DNA from: Myxococcota bacterium
GTDB lineage: Bacteria; Myxococcota_A; Bradymonadia; UBA7976; UBA1532
DNA length: 64,000 nucleotides
Direction of reading: 5' to 3'
Assembly: GCA_036337435.1 (NCBI GenBank)
Contig: JAYZEG010000010.1
Span: 52,493 to 116,492, forward strand
Of the stretch, positions 39,021 to 49,336 are shown one piece after another (position 1 is the first letter of the stretch; the number at the start of each line of letters is the position of its first letter). The translations under genes were made by a program, and so were the position numbers. The notes under the pieces are model-generated. The model searched no databases and was not told the origin of the DNA. It was given only the letters and a program-made list of their open reading frames with translations.

Positions 39021-40073
39021 CTACTTGCTTTTGGGTAGACGCGCCTGATGATAGGCTCGGTGTTTCACACGCGTATCTCGCTTCGAGACCATTTGCCATA
39101 AGCTCGTGGTATTAGAGTCTGTCAACCAGGTCCGCAAGTTTTTGAAATCCTGGTACATGTAAGCATAATGTAATGTGCCCCGAGTCTTACAATTTGCACA
39201 GGTTTTTGGCTTTGATTCCGAGCCTTCCCTGTCGATGCTCTCCAGCCACGGTCTGGTTCTCAACACGAGCGAACGCTCGCTGACTGGGAAGCGCAACATG
39301 TTATCCCGATAGGCCTGCGGAAGACGATGAAAGTATTGCTCACAATTAGAGACGTAAATGACACCCAAATACCGATTAAAGCGTTTGAGTGCATCACCGA
39401 TTTGGCGCATGGTTTTTTGAGCAGTTAAATCACCTCTTACCCTGAACACTCGCCCGGTCCTAAAGAGTTTCACGATATATTGATACTGGTCGATAGAGGT
39501 CAAATAGCTCGCCACTCGCTTCGTCTTGTGAAGGCGAACGAGGCGCTTGAGTTTACCAAGAGTTGCAACTCTTGCCATTCTGTATGCAGCCAATGCCGCT
39601 TGCTGTTTTTGCGTCGTCGAAATGTGTTGCTTGATCAGCGCTTCAACGGTCTTCACATTGCTGCGAGACCAAAATTTGACGAAAGCTGCAGGGTCAGCAG
39701 AGTGTTCGAATGCCAAACGATATACGGCATGTAAATCCACGATGACTTGGTCGAAATCGAGAAGAAAGACCACGTCGGATTGAGCCCAAGGAATAAACTC
39801 ATAATTTTGGTTGGTGCCGACTCCAATATAAGCGCCACCAATCCCATTGATGGGCTCCCTCAATAGATGGTGATCTTTCTCATCGCTCACCACATAATGA
39901 GAGTTTCTCGTTAAGGATTTCGGACGTGGATCATGCTCGACCGCTTGATAAGCCGCTCGCTCATCGTCACCCAGCGCAGCCAACTCAACGGGCCCCTTTA
40001 CCTGGGCAAAACAGGGACTGAGAAACCCAAAGATGAGCCATAGGGCGCACATATTTACTTCGTTCCTGAACAT
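39021..40073 (-). CDS. Secreted hypothetical protein (possible Rossmann/methyltransferase-like fold)
   Basis: Signal peptide; GAYIGVGTNQNY...LLDFD, VRGDL, IYVSN pattern. Confidence 0.75.
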   Translation of the reverse strand: MFRNEVNMCALWLIFGFLSPCFAQVKGPVELAALGDDERAAYQAVEHDPRPKSLTRNSHYVVSDEKDHHLLREPINGIGGAYIGVGTNQNYEFIPWAQSDVVFLLDFDQVIVDLHAVYRLAFEHSADPAAFVKFWSRSNVKTVEALIKQHISTTQKQQAALAAYRMARVATLGKLKRLVRLHKTKRVASYLTSIDQYQYIVKLFRTGRVFRVRGDLTAQKTMRQIGDALKRFNRYLGVIYVSNCEQYFHRLPQAYRDNMLRFPVSERSLVLRTRPWLESIDREGSESKPKTCANCKTRGTLHYAYMYQDFKNLRTWLTDSNTTSLWQMVSKRDTRVKHRAYHQARLPKSK

Positions 40074-40397
40074 GGAGAATAGATTCCTTAAATTGACTGG
40101 GCTAAACAGTACGCGTCTGACGGGACTTTCATCAAGATTTTTAGCTGTCGTAGATCCCTATCCACCCCGGTTAAGGCGGCACATATATCTGAATCAACGA
40201 TGCTCATCATGACTTGAGTAAACCGGGTTAGGAGGCTGTTGTTGATCAGTTGAATAGAATGTAAAAACAGACCCACCATGTCCTGAGATGAGGGGATATG
40301 ACAATAGTAAATGAGTCAAAAACCGCTATGGATCCCCTTGAGATCCACACCCAAATGGGGCATACAGATCGGCAGATAACTAACTTTCGGTAGATTT

Positions 40398-41246
40398 ATG
40401 AAAACCATCAAGAACCTACTCAAGCTCTGCTTGGTATTCGGTGTCCTTGCACTGACTTACGGCTGCGAAGACGACTCGTCTTCGAGCCCATCCAATGAAC
40501 AGAATAACGACATGGGGCCTACGATAGATGTGGGCGTCGATCCTGATGCGACGCCTGAGGGGGATGCGCAAGCCGCAGATGCTGACTCGGGAGTCACGGT
40601 TGACAGCATGGCAAGTCACACGGATGCCAGCCAAGTGAACACCGATATGGCCATGGCTGATGCTGAGACAGCTGGACCCATTGGCTCGCAAATCACTGTT
40701 CGTAATACACCCGAGATGTGCGAACGTGTTGCGCTGCTCGCACCCAGTCTACCCGCCGAATCAGGTCATTATGTCGCCAGCGTATTTACTCCGCCCGTCT
40801 ACCCATTTGCTATTGAAGCCATCGAATATTCCTTGGTCACAAACGATGATGTGGCTACATGCGATGGTTCATTGGCTCATCAAGTATTGCTTTTCGCTCT
40901 CGACGCCGACTCACCTATGCCAGCCACACCGTCTGCAACAGGTCTGGGGTACCGACCGTATAACGTTCCGGATGCACCGAATTCACAAGCTGGCCGCCGA
41001 GTCTCAATCACCGTACCGATTCCACTGATTTTGACCGAAGGTCAACGCGCGGCCGTGGCGATTCAGTTCGCCACGCAAGACGATCAGCACATCTGTGTTG
41101 CGACCTGTGAGGTCGACGATGCAGCACGTGGAATCGACTGGTGGTCCAATGCTGAGTCCTCGCCGTTTCGTTGGCAGGACCTGGTCGCCGATTTCGGTCT
41201 CACCGGGCAGGTCATGACTCAAATCATCGGAACAGAAGTTCAATGA
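40398..41246 (+). CDS. Hypothetical lipoprotein
   Basis: Lipobox TYGC; acidic linker followed by a beta-rich domain. Confidence 0.82.
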   Translation: MKTIKNLLKLCLVFGVLALTYGCEDDSSSSPSNEQNNDMGPTIDVGVDPDATPEGDAQAADADSGVTVDSMASHTDASQVNTDMAMADAETAGPIGSQITVRNTPEMCERVALLAPSLPAESGHYVASVFTPPVYPFAIEAIEYSLVTNDDVATCDGSLAHQVLLFALDADSPMPATPSATGLGYRPYNVPDAPNSQAGRRVSITVPIPLILTEGQRAAVAIQFATQDDQHICVATCEVDDAARGIDWWSNAESSPFRWQDLVADFGLTGQVMTQIIGTEVQ

Positions 41247-41251
41247 GCCGA

Positions 41252-41277
41252 GTGCTGAGCGCAGGTGCTGAGCGCAG
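41252..41277. repeat. 13-bp perfect tandem duplication between convergent genes
   Basis: GTGCTGAGCGCAG twice. Confidence 0.8.
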
Positions 41278-41299
41278 TACTCAGTCCAGATTTCATCGG

Positions 41300-42040
41300 T
41301 CAGTCCGACTCATTTGAATCGATTTTTCTGGCTGATTCGATTCGACCTGTCCATGGCACTGTGGTCTTTGACATCGTCTTGGATCGAAGCGCGGACTGGG
41401 TTGAGACAGCAAATTCGATACCCGCATCTTCTGCGATAAAGTTAAGACGTTTCATGCAGATTGTTCCGAGGACTCCTGCGATGAAACCAGCAAGATGAGC
41501 CATGTGGCTGACATGAGGCTGGAGCCCCGTAAAAATCGATAGGATATCGATCCCTAGGTACAGGGTCGCAACAATCCATGCATAAACCCGCACTGTGCCA
41601 GCTCGCACATAGGCAATCATGAAAATCATGTAGCCAAAGCGAAGCTTGCCCTTGGGGAATAAGACGAGATAGCCACCCATGAGCCCATAGACCATGCCTG
41701 AGGCACCGACTTCAAATCCTTGTTTGATCAGCAATTGGCCCGCATAACTACCGACGACCCCACAGAACACCATAACAAAAAGATAAGCCCATCTTCGGTA
41801 GAAGCACTCAAGGGCACTGCCAAAGAGCAGAATTCCAATTAAATTACCAATGAGATGTTGGACATTGCCATGTGCAAAATTAGACGTGATGGCCTTGAGG
41901 AACGATGGGTCATGATATTTGAATCCGAGAGACGTCTGATCGATGGCTCCATAGATGATGATACAAGCCAAGGCGATAAACCACGTCAAATAGGGCCGTT
42001 CATAAAATTCCTGGTCTTGACCCAGGGGTACAATATACAT
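41300..42040 (-). CDS. Rhomboid intramembrane serine protease
   Basis: FAHG..HLIGN, GASG, AHLAG. Confidence 0.92.
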   Translation of the reverse strand: MYIVPLGQDQEFYERPYLTWFIALACIIIYGAIDQTSLGFKYHDPSFLKAITSNFAHGNVQHLIGNLIGILLFGSALECFYRRWAYLFVMVFCGVVGSYAGQLLIKQGFEVGASGMVYGLMGGYLVLFPKGKLRFGYMIFMIAYVRAGTVRVYAWIVATLYLGIDILSIFTGLQPHVSHMAHLAGFIAGVLGTICMKRLNFIAEDAGIEFAVSTQSALRSKTMSKTTVPWTGRIESARKIDSNESD

Positions 42041-42123
42041 GCCGTCGTCCTACAACCTAGATAACCCAAAAAGAAAGCACTCACAGACAAATCAATCTTT
42101 GACGCACCGAGTAAATCGCACCA

Positions 42124-43362
42124 TCAGCGCGTCATCGCACCGTAGACCATTTGAGGGAGCTCGAATCGAAATTTCGGCCCACCCCATGGAAACATCTGAG
42201 TCCAGCCTATAAAAGCAGTGTTTGATGAACGGTCAATCCAAAAAAATGTGTTGGCAATCCCAGACCAACCCGCTTCCCCAACGGTGCCCAGCCGTCGATG
42301 TCCAGAAATTTTCCTCAGAATCGCAAACCCGAATCCCATTCCGTATCCTGGCGAAACGCTTAATTTTGGAGATAAGTGGTCTGTGAACATGAAATCGACA
42401 GTTCGTGGCGAGAGCAGGCGAATCCCGTTTAATTGGCCCCCATTGAGCAGCATCTGCAAAAACTTGAGATAGTCATCTACGGTGGAGACCAAGCCCCCAC
42501 CCCCCATCGCCATCTTTGGCCGAGCCAAAAACCCGTTCGTCAAGCCAGGTTCAGCCGGGGCCAGAGTGCCGTTTTTCTGCCGAACATAAAGCATCATCAA
42601 TCGATCATGATCCGCCTTTGGAACATAAAATCCTGTGTCGACCATCCCCAATGGCTTAAAGATGTGCTTGGTCATGTAGTCATCGAGCGAAAGCCCCGAC
42701 ACCAACTCGATTATTCGACCCAAAACATCTGTCGACACACCGTATGAGTATTGAGACCCAGGCTGACACTTAAGGGGAAGCTTGGCCACGGTGGACACAA
42801 ATTGGGCACTGTTTCGCTTGCCATCAAAGAGCGTTGCTTTGTTGTAGATTTGATCGACAGGGTGTTTGGTAAATGGGTATGTGAAACACGCTGTGTGCAG
42901 AAATAAGTCGCGGATTGTGATTGATTTTCGTGCGGCTGTAAATTGGGGATTTTCGGCTGTACCTCCAACAAAAACTTGAGTCTGCTTGAACTCGGGGATA
43001 AAGGTCTCAATGGGGTCGAATAGCTGAAAATGTCCCTGCTCGTAGAGCATCATTGCCGCCACGGCTGTCACCGCCTTTGTCATTGAATAAATGCGGAAAA
43101 TTGCATTTCTGGACAGCGGTTTACTCGACTCGCGATCCTGATAACCATGGGTGGATAAATGAACGATCTGACCGTCTCGAATCACAGCCGTGCTGAGGCC
43201 ATTGAGACGCCCCGAATCAACATGCGCCTGCATGCGTGCTTTCAACTGTTGCAGCCGCTCATGAGAAAAGCCAAGCGATGCAGGATCACCGGTCTTTAAT
43301 GGACCGGCCGAGGGCGAGCAGGGCGCAAGGAGAAAGACGGTAAAGGCCAGCCATGAGCGCAT
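42124..43362 (-). CDS. Serine hydrolase, beta-lactamase class C / EstB-like
   Basis: FRIYSMTK (SxxK), LFLHTA, YSYG, GGGGLVST, WSG; signal peptide; ATG at 43362 after GGAG. Confidence 0.92.
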   Translation of the reverse strand: MRSWLAFTVFLLAPCSPSAGPLKTGDPASLGFSHERLQQLKARMQAHVDSGRLNGLSTAVIRDGQIVHLSTHGYQDRESSKPLSRNAIFRIYSMTKAVTAVAAMMLYEQGHFQLFDPIETFIPEFKQTQVFVGGTAENPQFTAARKSITIRDLFLHTACFTYPFTKHPVDQIYNKATLFDGKRNSAQFVSTVAKLPLKCQPGSQYSYGVSTDVLGRIIELVSGLSLDDYMTKHIFKPLGMVDTGFYVPKADHDRLMMLYVRQKNGTLAPAEPGLTNGFLARPKMAMGGGGLVSTVDDYLKFLQMLLNGGQLNGIRLLSPRTVDFMFTDHLSPKLSVSPGYGMGFGFAILRKISGHRRLGTVGEAGWSGIANTFFWIDRSSNTAFIGWTQMFPWGGPKFRFELPQMVYGAMTR

Positions 43363-43560
43363 CGTATTTATCTCCAGATCAACAGTGTCCAAGAACAGCG
43401 ACCTTTAGTTTCAATGGGCGTGTACTGCTGTCCCACGCTTGAGTCTATCAAGACCTGGAACCGGAAACAGACAAATCGGTCAACAGTGACTTTGACTCTA
43501 CGACAAATGACGTTTTCGCGGTACGCTTTGGGAGCACGAAACATCGAAGCCGGATCCACG

Positions 43561-44103
43561 ATGCACATCGACCTAAGAATCGCCAGTCAAGGCGACCTAT
43601 CTAAACCGACCGTAGACCACCTGGCTGAGCTTGTGAATTCGGTTTATCTGATCGCGGAGGAGGGTCTATGGATCCCGGTGGCAGAGGGCTTCCCAGGGCG
43701 CACATCTGCCGCCGAACTGGAATCAATGTGGACGTCTGAGCGACTGGTTCTGGCTTGGTTTGAAACGCAGGTGATCGGGTGCGTGCACGTCAACCGGCTG
43801 AACGCGGAGCGTGCTGAATTCGGCATGTTGGTGACAGCCCCCAAGCACCGTGGAAAAGGGCTCGGGCTGCGGTTGATTCAATTCGCGGAAAACTGGGCTA
43901 GACGCCAGGGATGCCAGACGATGCAATTGGAGCTGCTGACACCGCAGGATTGGGTACACCCAGTCAAGCAAGCTCTTCATGAGTGGTATGGCCGCCTCGG
44001 CTATCGACCTGTCAAGATTGTGCCCGTCAAAGAGATGTTTCCCCACCTCGTGTCGAGTCTTGCGACACCCTGCAATTTTACAATTTACGAGAAAAATATA
44101 TGA
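43561..44103 (+). CDS. GNAT-family N-acetyltransferase
   Basis: EFGML...HRGKGLG, LELL, WYGRLGY. Confidence 0.88.
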   Translation: MHIDLRIASQGDLSKPTVDHLAELVNSVYLIAEEGLWIPVAEGFPGRTSAAELESMWTSERLVLAWFETQVIGCVHVNRLNAERAEFGMLVTAPKHRGKGLGLRLIQFAENWARRQGCQTMQLELLTPQDWVHPVKQALHEWYGRLGYRPVKIVPVKEMFPHLVSSLATPCNFTIYEKNI

Positions 44104-44197
44104 ATTCCGCTCTCAGGCATCAGAATGAACACGGACCGTTCTATCAGGAACCCCAAGTGGACATCATGATTTTGGCGATACGAAAAGGAGGTGAGGG

Positions 44198-45103
44198 TTG
44201 GCCATCGACGCACTAAGAACCCCCGATGAGTCTTTTAACGAACTCCCCGACTGGCCTTACGAGCCCAAGTATCTCGAAGGGGTTTTCGGGCAGGGCGATT
44301 TACGACTTCACTACATTGATGAAGGCCCCGTAGACGCGGAAGTTTTCCTGTGTCTACACGGTGCACCGACCTGGTCTTACCTCTATCGAAAAATGATTCC
44401 GGTCTTTTTGGAAGCAGGGAAGCGTGTCATCGCCTTGGACTGGCTTGGATTTGGGCGTTCAGACAAACCGGTTGACCAAGCCGTCTACACCTTCAGTTTT
44501 CACAGGGACACACTGACTCATTTCATCGATAGGATGAAACTTGAGCGCTGCGTGCTCGTTTGTCAGGACTGGGGTGGGCTTCTCGGTTTGACCCTGCCGG
44601 TCACGCATCCAAACCTACTTTCAGGATTGGTGGTCATGAATACGACAATTGCCACCGGCCATTCCCTCGGCCCTGGCTTTGAAGGCTGGAAGACATTTAT
44701 CAGAAAATCGCCAGATCTGGATGTGGCCCGCCTCATGCAGAAGTCCGTTGACGGACTCAGTCTGCAAGAAGCACAAGCCTACTCAGCCCCATTTCCAGAC
44801 ACGTCTTACAAAACAGGCCTGCGGGCTTTCCCGACCATCGTTCCTACGGCCCCCGATATGGATGGCGCCCAATACGCTGAGCCAGCACTCGCCTACTGGT
44901 CGGAACAATGGGACGGTTGGAGTTTCATGGGGATTGGCTTGAAAGACCCGATTTTCGGACTCGGATCGATGAAGAAATTACACCAAAAAATTAAGTTATG
45001 CCCGCCTCCAATGGCCATTGAAGTGGCGGGCCACTTTACCCAAGAACACGGCGAAGACCTTGCACGTGCGGCACTGCTACACCAGGGGTATCACGGCCAA
45101 TAA
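44198..45103 (+). CDS. Haloalkane dehalogenase (alpha/beta hydrolase, DhlA-like)
   Basis: LRTPD..F..LP, LHGAPTWSYLYRKMI, QDWGG, AGHFTQE; RBS AAGGAGG. Confidence 0.92.
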   Translation: MAIDALRTPDESFNELPDWPYEPKYLEGVFGQGDLRLHYIDEGPVDAEVFLCLHGAPTWSYLYRKMIPVFLEAGKRVIALDWLGFGRSDKPVDQAVYTFSFHRDTLTHFIDRMKLERCVLVCQDWGGLLGLTLPVTHPNLLSGLVVMNTTIATGHSLGPGFEGWKTFIRKSPDLDVARLMQKSVDGLSLQEAQAYSAPFPDTSYKTGLRAFPTIVPTAPDMDGAQYAEPALAYWSEQWDGWSFMGIGLKDPIFGLGSMKKLHQKIKLCPPPMAIEVAGHFTQEHGEDLARAALLHQGYHGQ

Positions 45104-45213
45104 AAGACCCGTTTCGGAACAAAACTAATGACTGCCTAGGCGATACAGGGCGGGTGTTGATAGCTTGAAAATCCGACTCGTAGATAACCTGATATCATCG
45201 CCTATCCGTTCTA

Positions 45214-46146
45214 TCAGGGAGCAAGTAATAATGGGCTGCACAACAAGCCAAAACCATCGATCCCATCGCCTGCACGGATGACAACACCAGCCGCGGTCTG
45301 CCCATTGGGGCAAGAGACCAAGGGGACCGCGTTACCCCCATTACCGCCCACGGGCGGCAAGGGCAGATTTCCGATGGCGCGCACGCTGTCGCCGTTCAAA
45401 CTCAAAGCGCCACAGTGCACGATCAGCTGGTCGATTAAACGACCCGCCCGACCTGAGAAACCAACCACCGCTGAACCAGCCTGACAGGTGACTCCAAAAT
45501 TCCCCCCACCCCCGAACGCACCACGCAGCGGTAGGTCAGCACCAGCCATGGTGTCGATGGATACTGGATTGCCAGGTTCAATGCTGACCACACCGCAAAG
45601 TCCACGTAAGCGGCCAATATACTGGGCACCATTCCGAATTTCACCAGCGATGCCGATTAATGCTTGTCCATCGGGGCAGACATCATCGAAACGCTGTCCA
45701 CCGTTCGGATTTCCGCGCACGATGGTCTCCAGGGGCGGCACTGCATTTGATACGGACGTCCCCTGAGGCACGTTCATATCCAGCGGTACAACATCAGCGG
45801 CTGACGCATCCAAAGCTTGGTTCCCTTGCGGCTGAGCCATATCACCCAAGGTTTGGTCTACGTCCAGCTGAGCCATATCGCCCATGGCTTGATCACTCTC
45901 AAAAGCCTGGTCCGACTCTGCATCAGTGCCGCGTGGCCCATCAATGTCCGTTTCGTCACGTATGCCCGAATCACCCAATTCCGTGTCGAAATCTGCACTT
46001 GAGTCCAAGTCGGTCTCAATATCCATCTCAACAAGGTTAAAATCTCGTGGTGAAACATCGGCCATAGGGCTTATACGGGGCGCGTCACTCACGCAACCAA
46101 GGGCAGTAAAAAGTACAATCGTCAGCCATGAAACACGTATTGACAT
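45214..46146 (-). CDS. Lipoprotein with C-terminal three-repeat beta-prism (jacalin-like) domain
   Basis: Lipobox ALGC; three repeats GG...C....G..GRAG..ID...C. Confidence 0.78.
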   Translation of the reverse strand: MSIRVSWLTIVLFTALGCVSDAPRISPMADVSPRDFNLVEMDIETDLDSSADFDTELGDSGIRDETDIDGPRGTDAESDQAFESDQAMGDMAQLDVDQTLGDMAQPQGNQALDASAADVVPLDMNVPQGTSVSNAVPPLETIVRGNPNGGQRFDDVCPDGQALIGIAGEIRNGAQYIGRLRGLCGVVSIEPGNPVSIDTMAGADLPLRGAFGGGGNFGVTCQAGSAVVGFSGRAGRLIDQLIVHCGALSLNGDSVRAIGNLPLPPVGGNGGNAVPLVSCPNGQTAAGVVIRAGDGIDGFGLLCSPLLLAP

Positions 46147-46446
46147 CACCAAAACCTCCCGGAGACTTTTGCATCTTCACACAACTGAAATGCCAGATGT
46201 AGCCCTGTCCGGATGCACTGCATCTAAGTCGGCGTGTCAAACGGTGCTGGCGGTCATTTCAGGATGGCTGGTCTGCCGGGTGTGGCCAAACGCTCCTGCG
46301 GCCTAACAGTCAGGCGCAAGCACGTGGTCGCCAACGTGATTGGTGACGACCGTCCCGCGGAGACGACTCAAGCGCGAGCCCCGAATCACGACGCACATGC
46401 GCTCACCCTGGACCATTTAGTGCCGTCGGTTACGTGAGAAAATGTC

Positions 46447-47337
46447 TTAGAGAACCCCAACAGCATCGAGGTGAGCCAGCAAGAGGTCAACGGTGCCCCA
46501 GGACAAACGAACCTCAGCGTCTACGACAGCGCGCGGGAACTTTCGATAATTTTGACCGTCCCTCCATGCCTTTAGTCGAATCCCCTGGTACATGAAAGCG
46601 GTCATGGTGCCCTGGCTGGTGAAACGATCAACCCAATCGCCGAAGAAAAAGCCATTGAGCAGGTCGCTCACATCGGTCTTATAGTCGCGCTCAATGTCGA
46701 TGATAAGCTGGTCAAAGACTTGGAGAAGGATATCTCCAAAAACGACGAAATCCTCTCGCTGCTCAGGCAAACTATCAATGAGATAGAGAGTTTTAGGCAA
46801 ATCCACCATCAAATGGACAGCGATGGCAACACCCAATGTTCTGCCACGTCCGACATCGCAGTTCTGCGCGATGGTGTAATACCGAGTCCATTGGCCAGTC
46901 ACATCCGTGCCGGTTAGATGGCCATGGAGATTAGCCAGATATCGCCGTGCAAATTCCGTAATGAGAGACCGCGCCCAAGTCGGATATTCGTAGTCTCCAT
47001 TGTCAACGGACTCAACGGCTCGATTTGTAATTAAGCGATAGACGGTTGCGAATAGACCTCTCGGGTCGCCTGCCTCTCGAAAGAGCTTGGCAATGCCATT
47101 TACCCGCACTTGAGCATCGTACTCGTCTACCAGAGTATTTGGATTACTCAGTTCGATCAGCCGGTCCGCATCCAAGGCCGTGAGAGTTCCATTGCACGGA
47201 ATTCCTCGCGATTGCGGCTGTTGCTCGGCAATCGATTTCTGCGCATCGATGTTGTCTTGCGGTAATTGCAGCTTTTGAGCGCATCCGAAAATGACCGACG
47301 CGCTGAGTATGGCGATGACTCTCTTATTGAACGACAT
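46447..47337 (-). CDS. DUF5995-family lipoprotein
   Basis: RGLFATVYRLIT, FARRYL, GVAIAVHLMVDLP; lipobox IFGC. Confidence 0.75.
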   Translation of the reverse strand: MSFNKRVIAILSASVIFGCAQKLQLPQDNIDAQKSIAEQQPQSRGIPCNGTLTALDADRLIELSNPNTLVDEYDAQVRVNGIAKLFREAGDPRGLFATVYRLITNRAVESVDNGDYEYPTWARSLITEFARRYLANLHGHLTGTDVTGQWTRYYTIAQNCDVGRGRTLGVAIAVHLMVDLPKTLYLIDSLPEQREDFVVFGDILLQVFDQLIIDIERDYKTDVSDLLNGFFFGDWVDRFTSQGTMTAFMYQGIRLKAWRDGQNYRKFPRAVVDAEVRLSWGTVDLLLAHLDAVGVL

Positions 47338-47495
47338 GTCCAAATCCCCCCATGGTGCCCAATGTCACTTTTAACCAAGACAGCGACAGATTTGAGTGCA
47401 CACGCACTCGGAGGCAATCCAACGATAAACCCTAAAAAAACAGCGCAGTCGGCCTGAACAAACATTGACCTCACGACGCGAATGATTCCCTTAGT

Positions 47496-47512
47496 AGCAA
47501 AGGATATGCCAA
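47496..47512 (-). promoter_or_regulatory. Sigma-54 promoter
   Basis: Minus strand TTGGCATATCCTTTGCT; AT-rich tract upstream; inverted repeat ACCCGA-N7-TCGGGT at 47612-47630. Confidence 0.75.
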
Positions 47513-47705
47513 AAACTACCGACCGTGAGATAAATGTCTAAATAATTGATTTAATTAAGACAAAAACCGCGAGAAACATGTTTTTGATGTCCAATATAGT
47601 GGGGCCTACCGACCCGAAAAAATATCGGGTGGGGACAAGAGAAGCCTGTTTGTTGCATCGATCGGTCGCCAGATGCTATCGCCAAAGAATGGCCGTCATG
47701 GTTCG

Positions 47706-49136
47706 CTAGTTGGGTCGGCTCAAACGGCAATAGTCAGGGAAGATGTCAGGGAGACCGTCCACATATGGAGATGATTGTACGTCCAGGTTATGATCGGTAA
47801 AAAAACGCCAGATCGCCCGATTTAGCCCCTGATCCCAAACATGACCCTGGCCATGGTCGCATGCAATGACCAGATGGTCTCGACGCTCAAGGTCATCGAT
47901 CAAATTCTTGGCAAAGACATCAAAATTTTGTTCTACGGCCCAGTCCATCGGGCCACCCCAAGAGGCCATTATGGGTAAGCGGCGTTCGGTGGTAGGCGGG
48001 TAATTGATGATCAGACCACCGGACATCGGCGCGCTGGCGGCAATGACCGTTGAGCGCATTAATCCAAGGTAGCTCGCGTAGAGTCCACCCGCGCTCATTC
48101 CGGTTACGAATATGCGGTTTGGATCCACGCCAAGCTGGCTCTCGAGGCAAGTTCGGCTGTCATCAAACCAAGCCAAATCGAGATTGTCCCTCAACGTAAA
48201 TTGCTCCCATTCAACAGGTAAATCCGTCGAACTGGGAACGATTAAAATAAACCCGAATTCGTCGACCAGCTCGAGCAATCCGCTGTAGAGAGCCAAGCCT
48301 TCATGACTGCCCCCAAGCCCATGAAAAAGGTAGATAACGGGCCACATTTCAGCTGGGTTATGTTGTTCCGGTAGGTGCACTTCGAAGGTTCGGGCCTCGC
48401 CACAAGACACAAACCCCTCAATCAAACCCTCATCCAGTGGTGGACAGTCAGCGGCGGCCAGCCTCGGACAAGGCTCCTCTTGTAATGCCTCACAGTAGGC
48501 AGGTGCTATGGCTGCGCGGCCGTCCCAGGGCTCTAGGGCAAATGAACTGTCGACAAGTTCAGTATCGATGGTCAGAAGCGAACCTCTGATCCGACCACAG
48601 GCGAACTCGGACGAAACGATGCGACCTTCGAAAACCAAATTGAGCCGCACGTCGCTTCCCGTCGGACTAAATTCGGCTGGCATCACTGTATCACCAGAAT
48701 TCGCGAGGAATGTGCCCAAGCTTGTGACTTCGATGGGCCCTAATTCTGCGATGGGCTCACTCACTCGTTCGCCGTCCGTTGCTCTGACATTAAACTGCTC
48801 AAAAATCATACGCCCGTCCGTCTCTGAGACCACAAGTTCAACTTGGAACGGCACCTCAAAATTGCCTAGCTCAGCGAGGGAAATGCCCATGGAGTACAAG
48901 CCGCTCTCAACACTGGGCACGCGTTCCGTTGTAATCACCGCATCGGTCTCTGGAGGTCGATACGCATCTGGTGGCTGCCCGCTATCGACTGAACTGACTG
49001 TTCCATCTAAATCCAAACCGTCGTCTATCATGGAGTCCAGGCCCATATCAGACCTAGAGACTGGGTCTTTTTGTTGGCTTTCAGAACATCCCAACACCGT
49101 GCACAGCGCGATGACTGTTGTTAACCGCATCCCCAT
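47706..49136 (-). CDS. Lipoprotein with C-terminal PHB-depolymerase-like esterase
   Basis: Lipobox VLGC; FHGLGG, VDPNRIFVTGMSAGG, HGQGHVW. Confidence 0.87.
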   Translation of the reverse strand: MGMRLTTVIALCTVLGCSESQQKDPVSRSDMGLDSMIDDGLDLDGTVSSVDSGQPPDAYRPPETDAVITTERVPSVESGLYSMGISLAELGNFEVPFQVELVVSETDGRMIFEQFNVRATDGERVSEPIAELGPIEVTSLGTFLANSGDTVMPAEFSPTGSDVRLNLVFEGRIVSSEFACGRIRGSLLTIDTELVDSSFALEPWDGRAAIAPAYCEALQEEPCPRLAAADCPPLDEGLIEGFVSCGEARTFEVHLPEQHNPAEMWPVIYLFHGLGGSHEGLALYSGLLELVDEFGFILIVPSSTDLPVEWEQFTLRDNLDLAWFDDSRTCLESQLGVDPNRIFVTGMSAGGLYASYLGLMRSTVIAASAPMSGGLIINYPPTTERRLPIMASWGGPMDWAVEQNFDVFAKNLIDDLERRDHLVIACDHGQGHVWDQGLNRAIWRFFTDHNLDVQSSPYVDGLPDIFPDYCRLSRPN

Positions 49137-49336
49137 GAATCCGCCCCATCATTAATTCACCCAACCCTATGAGAGTAGGGATCTTTGGGCTGGGTCGCAA
49201 AGTTGCTTTGATTTAAATGCCTGGCGGCGTCTGAGACCTCGGACTCAATGACACATCAAATGCGGGCAGTGAGCATCATGGAAGTAGACGTTCATTGATT
49301 ATGTTTCGTGGGTCAAATCAAGATGCCTCATGCCAC

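Noticed and set aside
41252..41277. 13-bp duplication as a transposon target-site duplication
   Set aside because: The copies are directly adjacent with no element or transposase; slippage is simpler, though an excision footprint cannot be excluded
42124..43362. Antibiotic-resistance beta-lactamase
   Set aside because: Motifs fit the broad EstB/serine hydrolase family (WSG rather than KTG); resistance cannot be inferred
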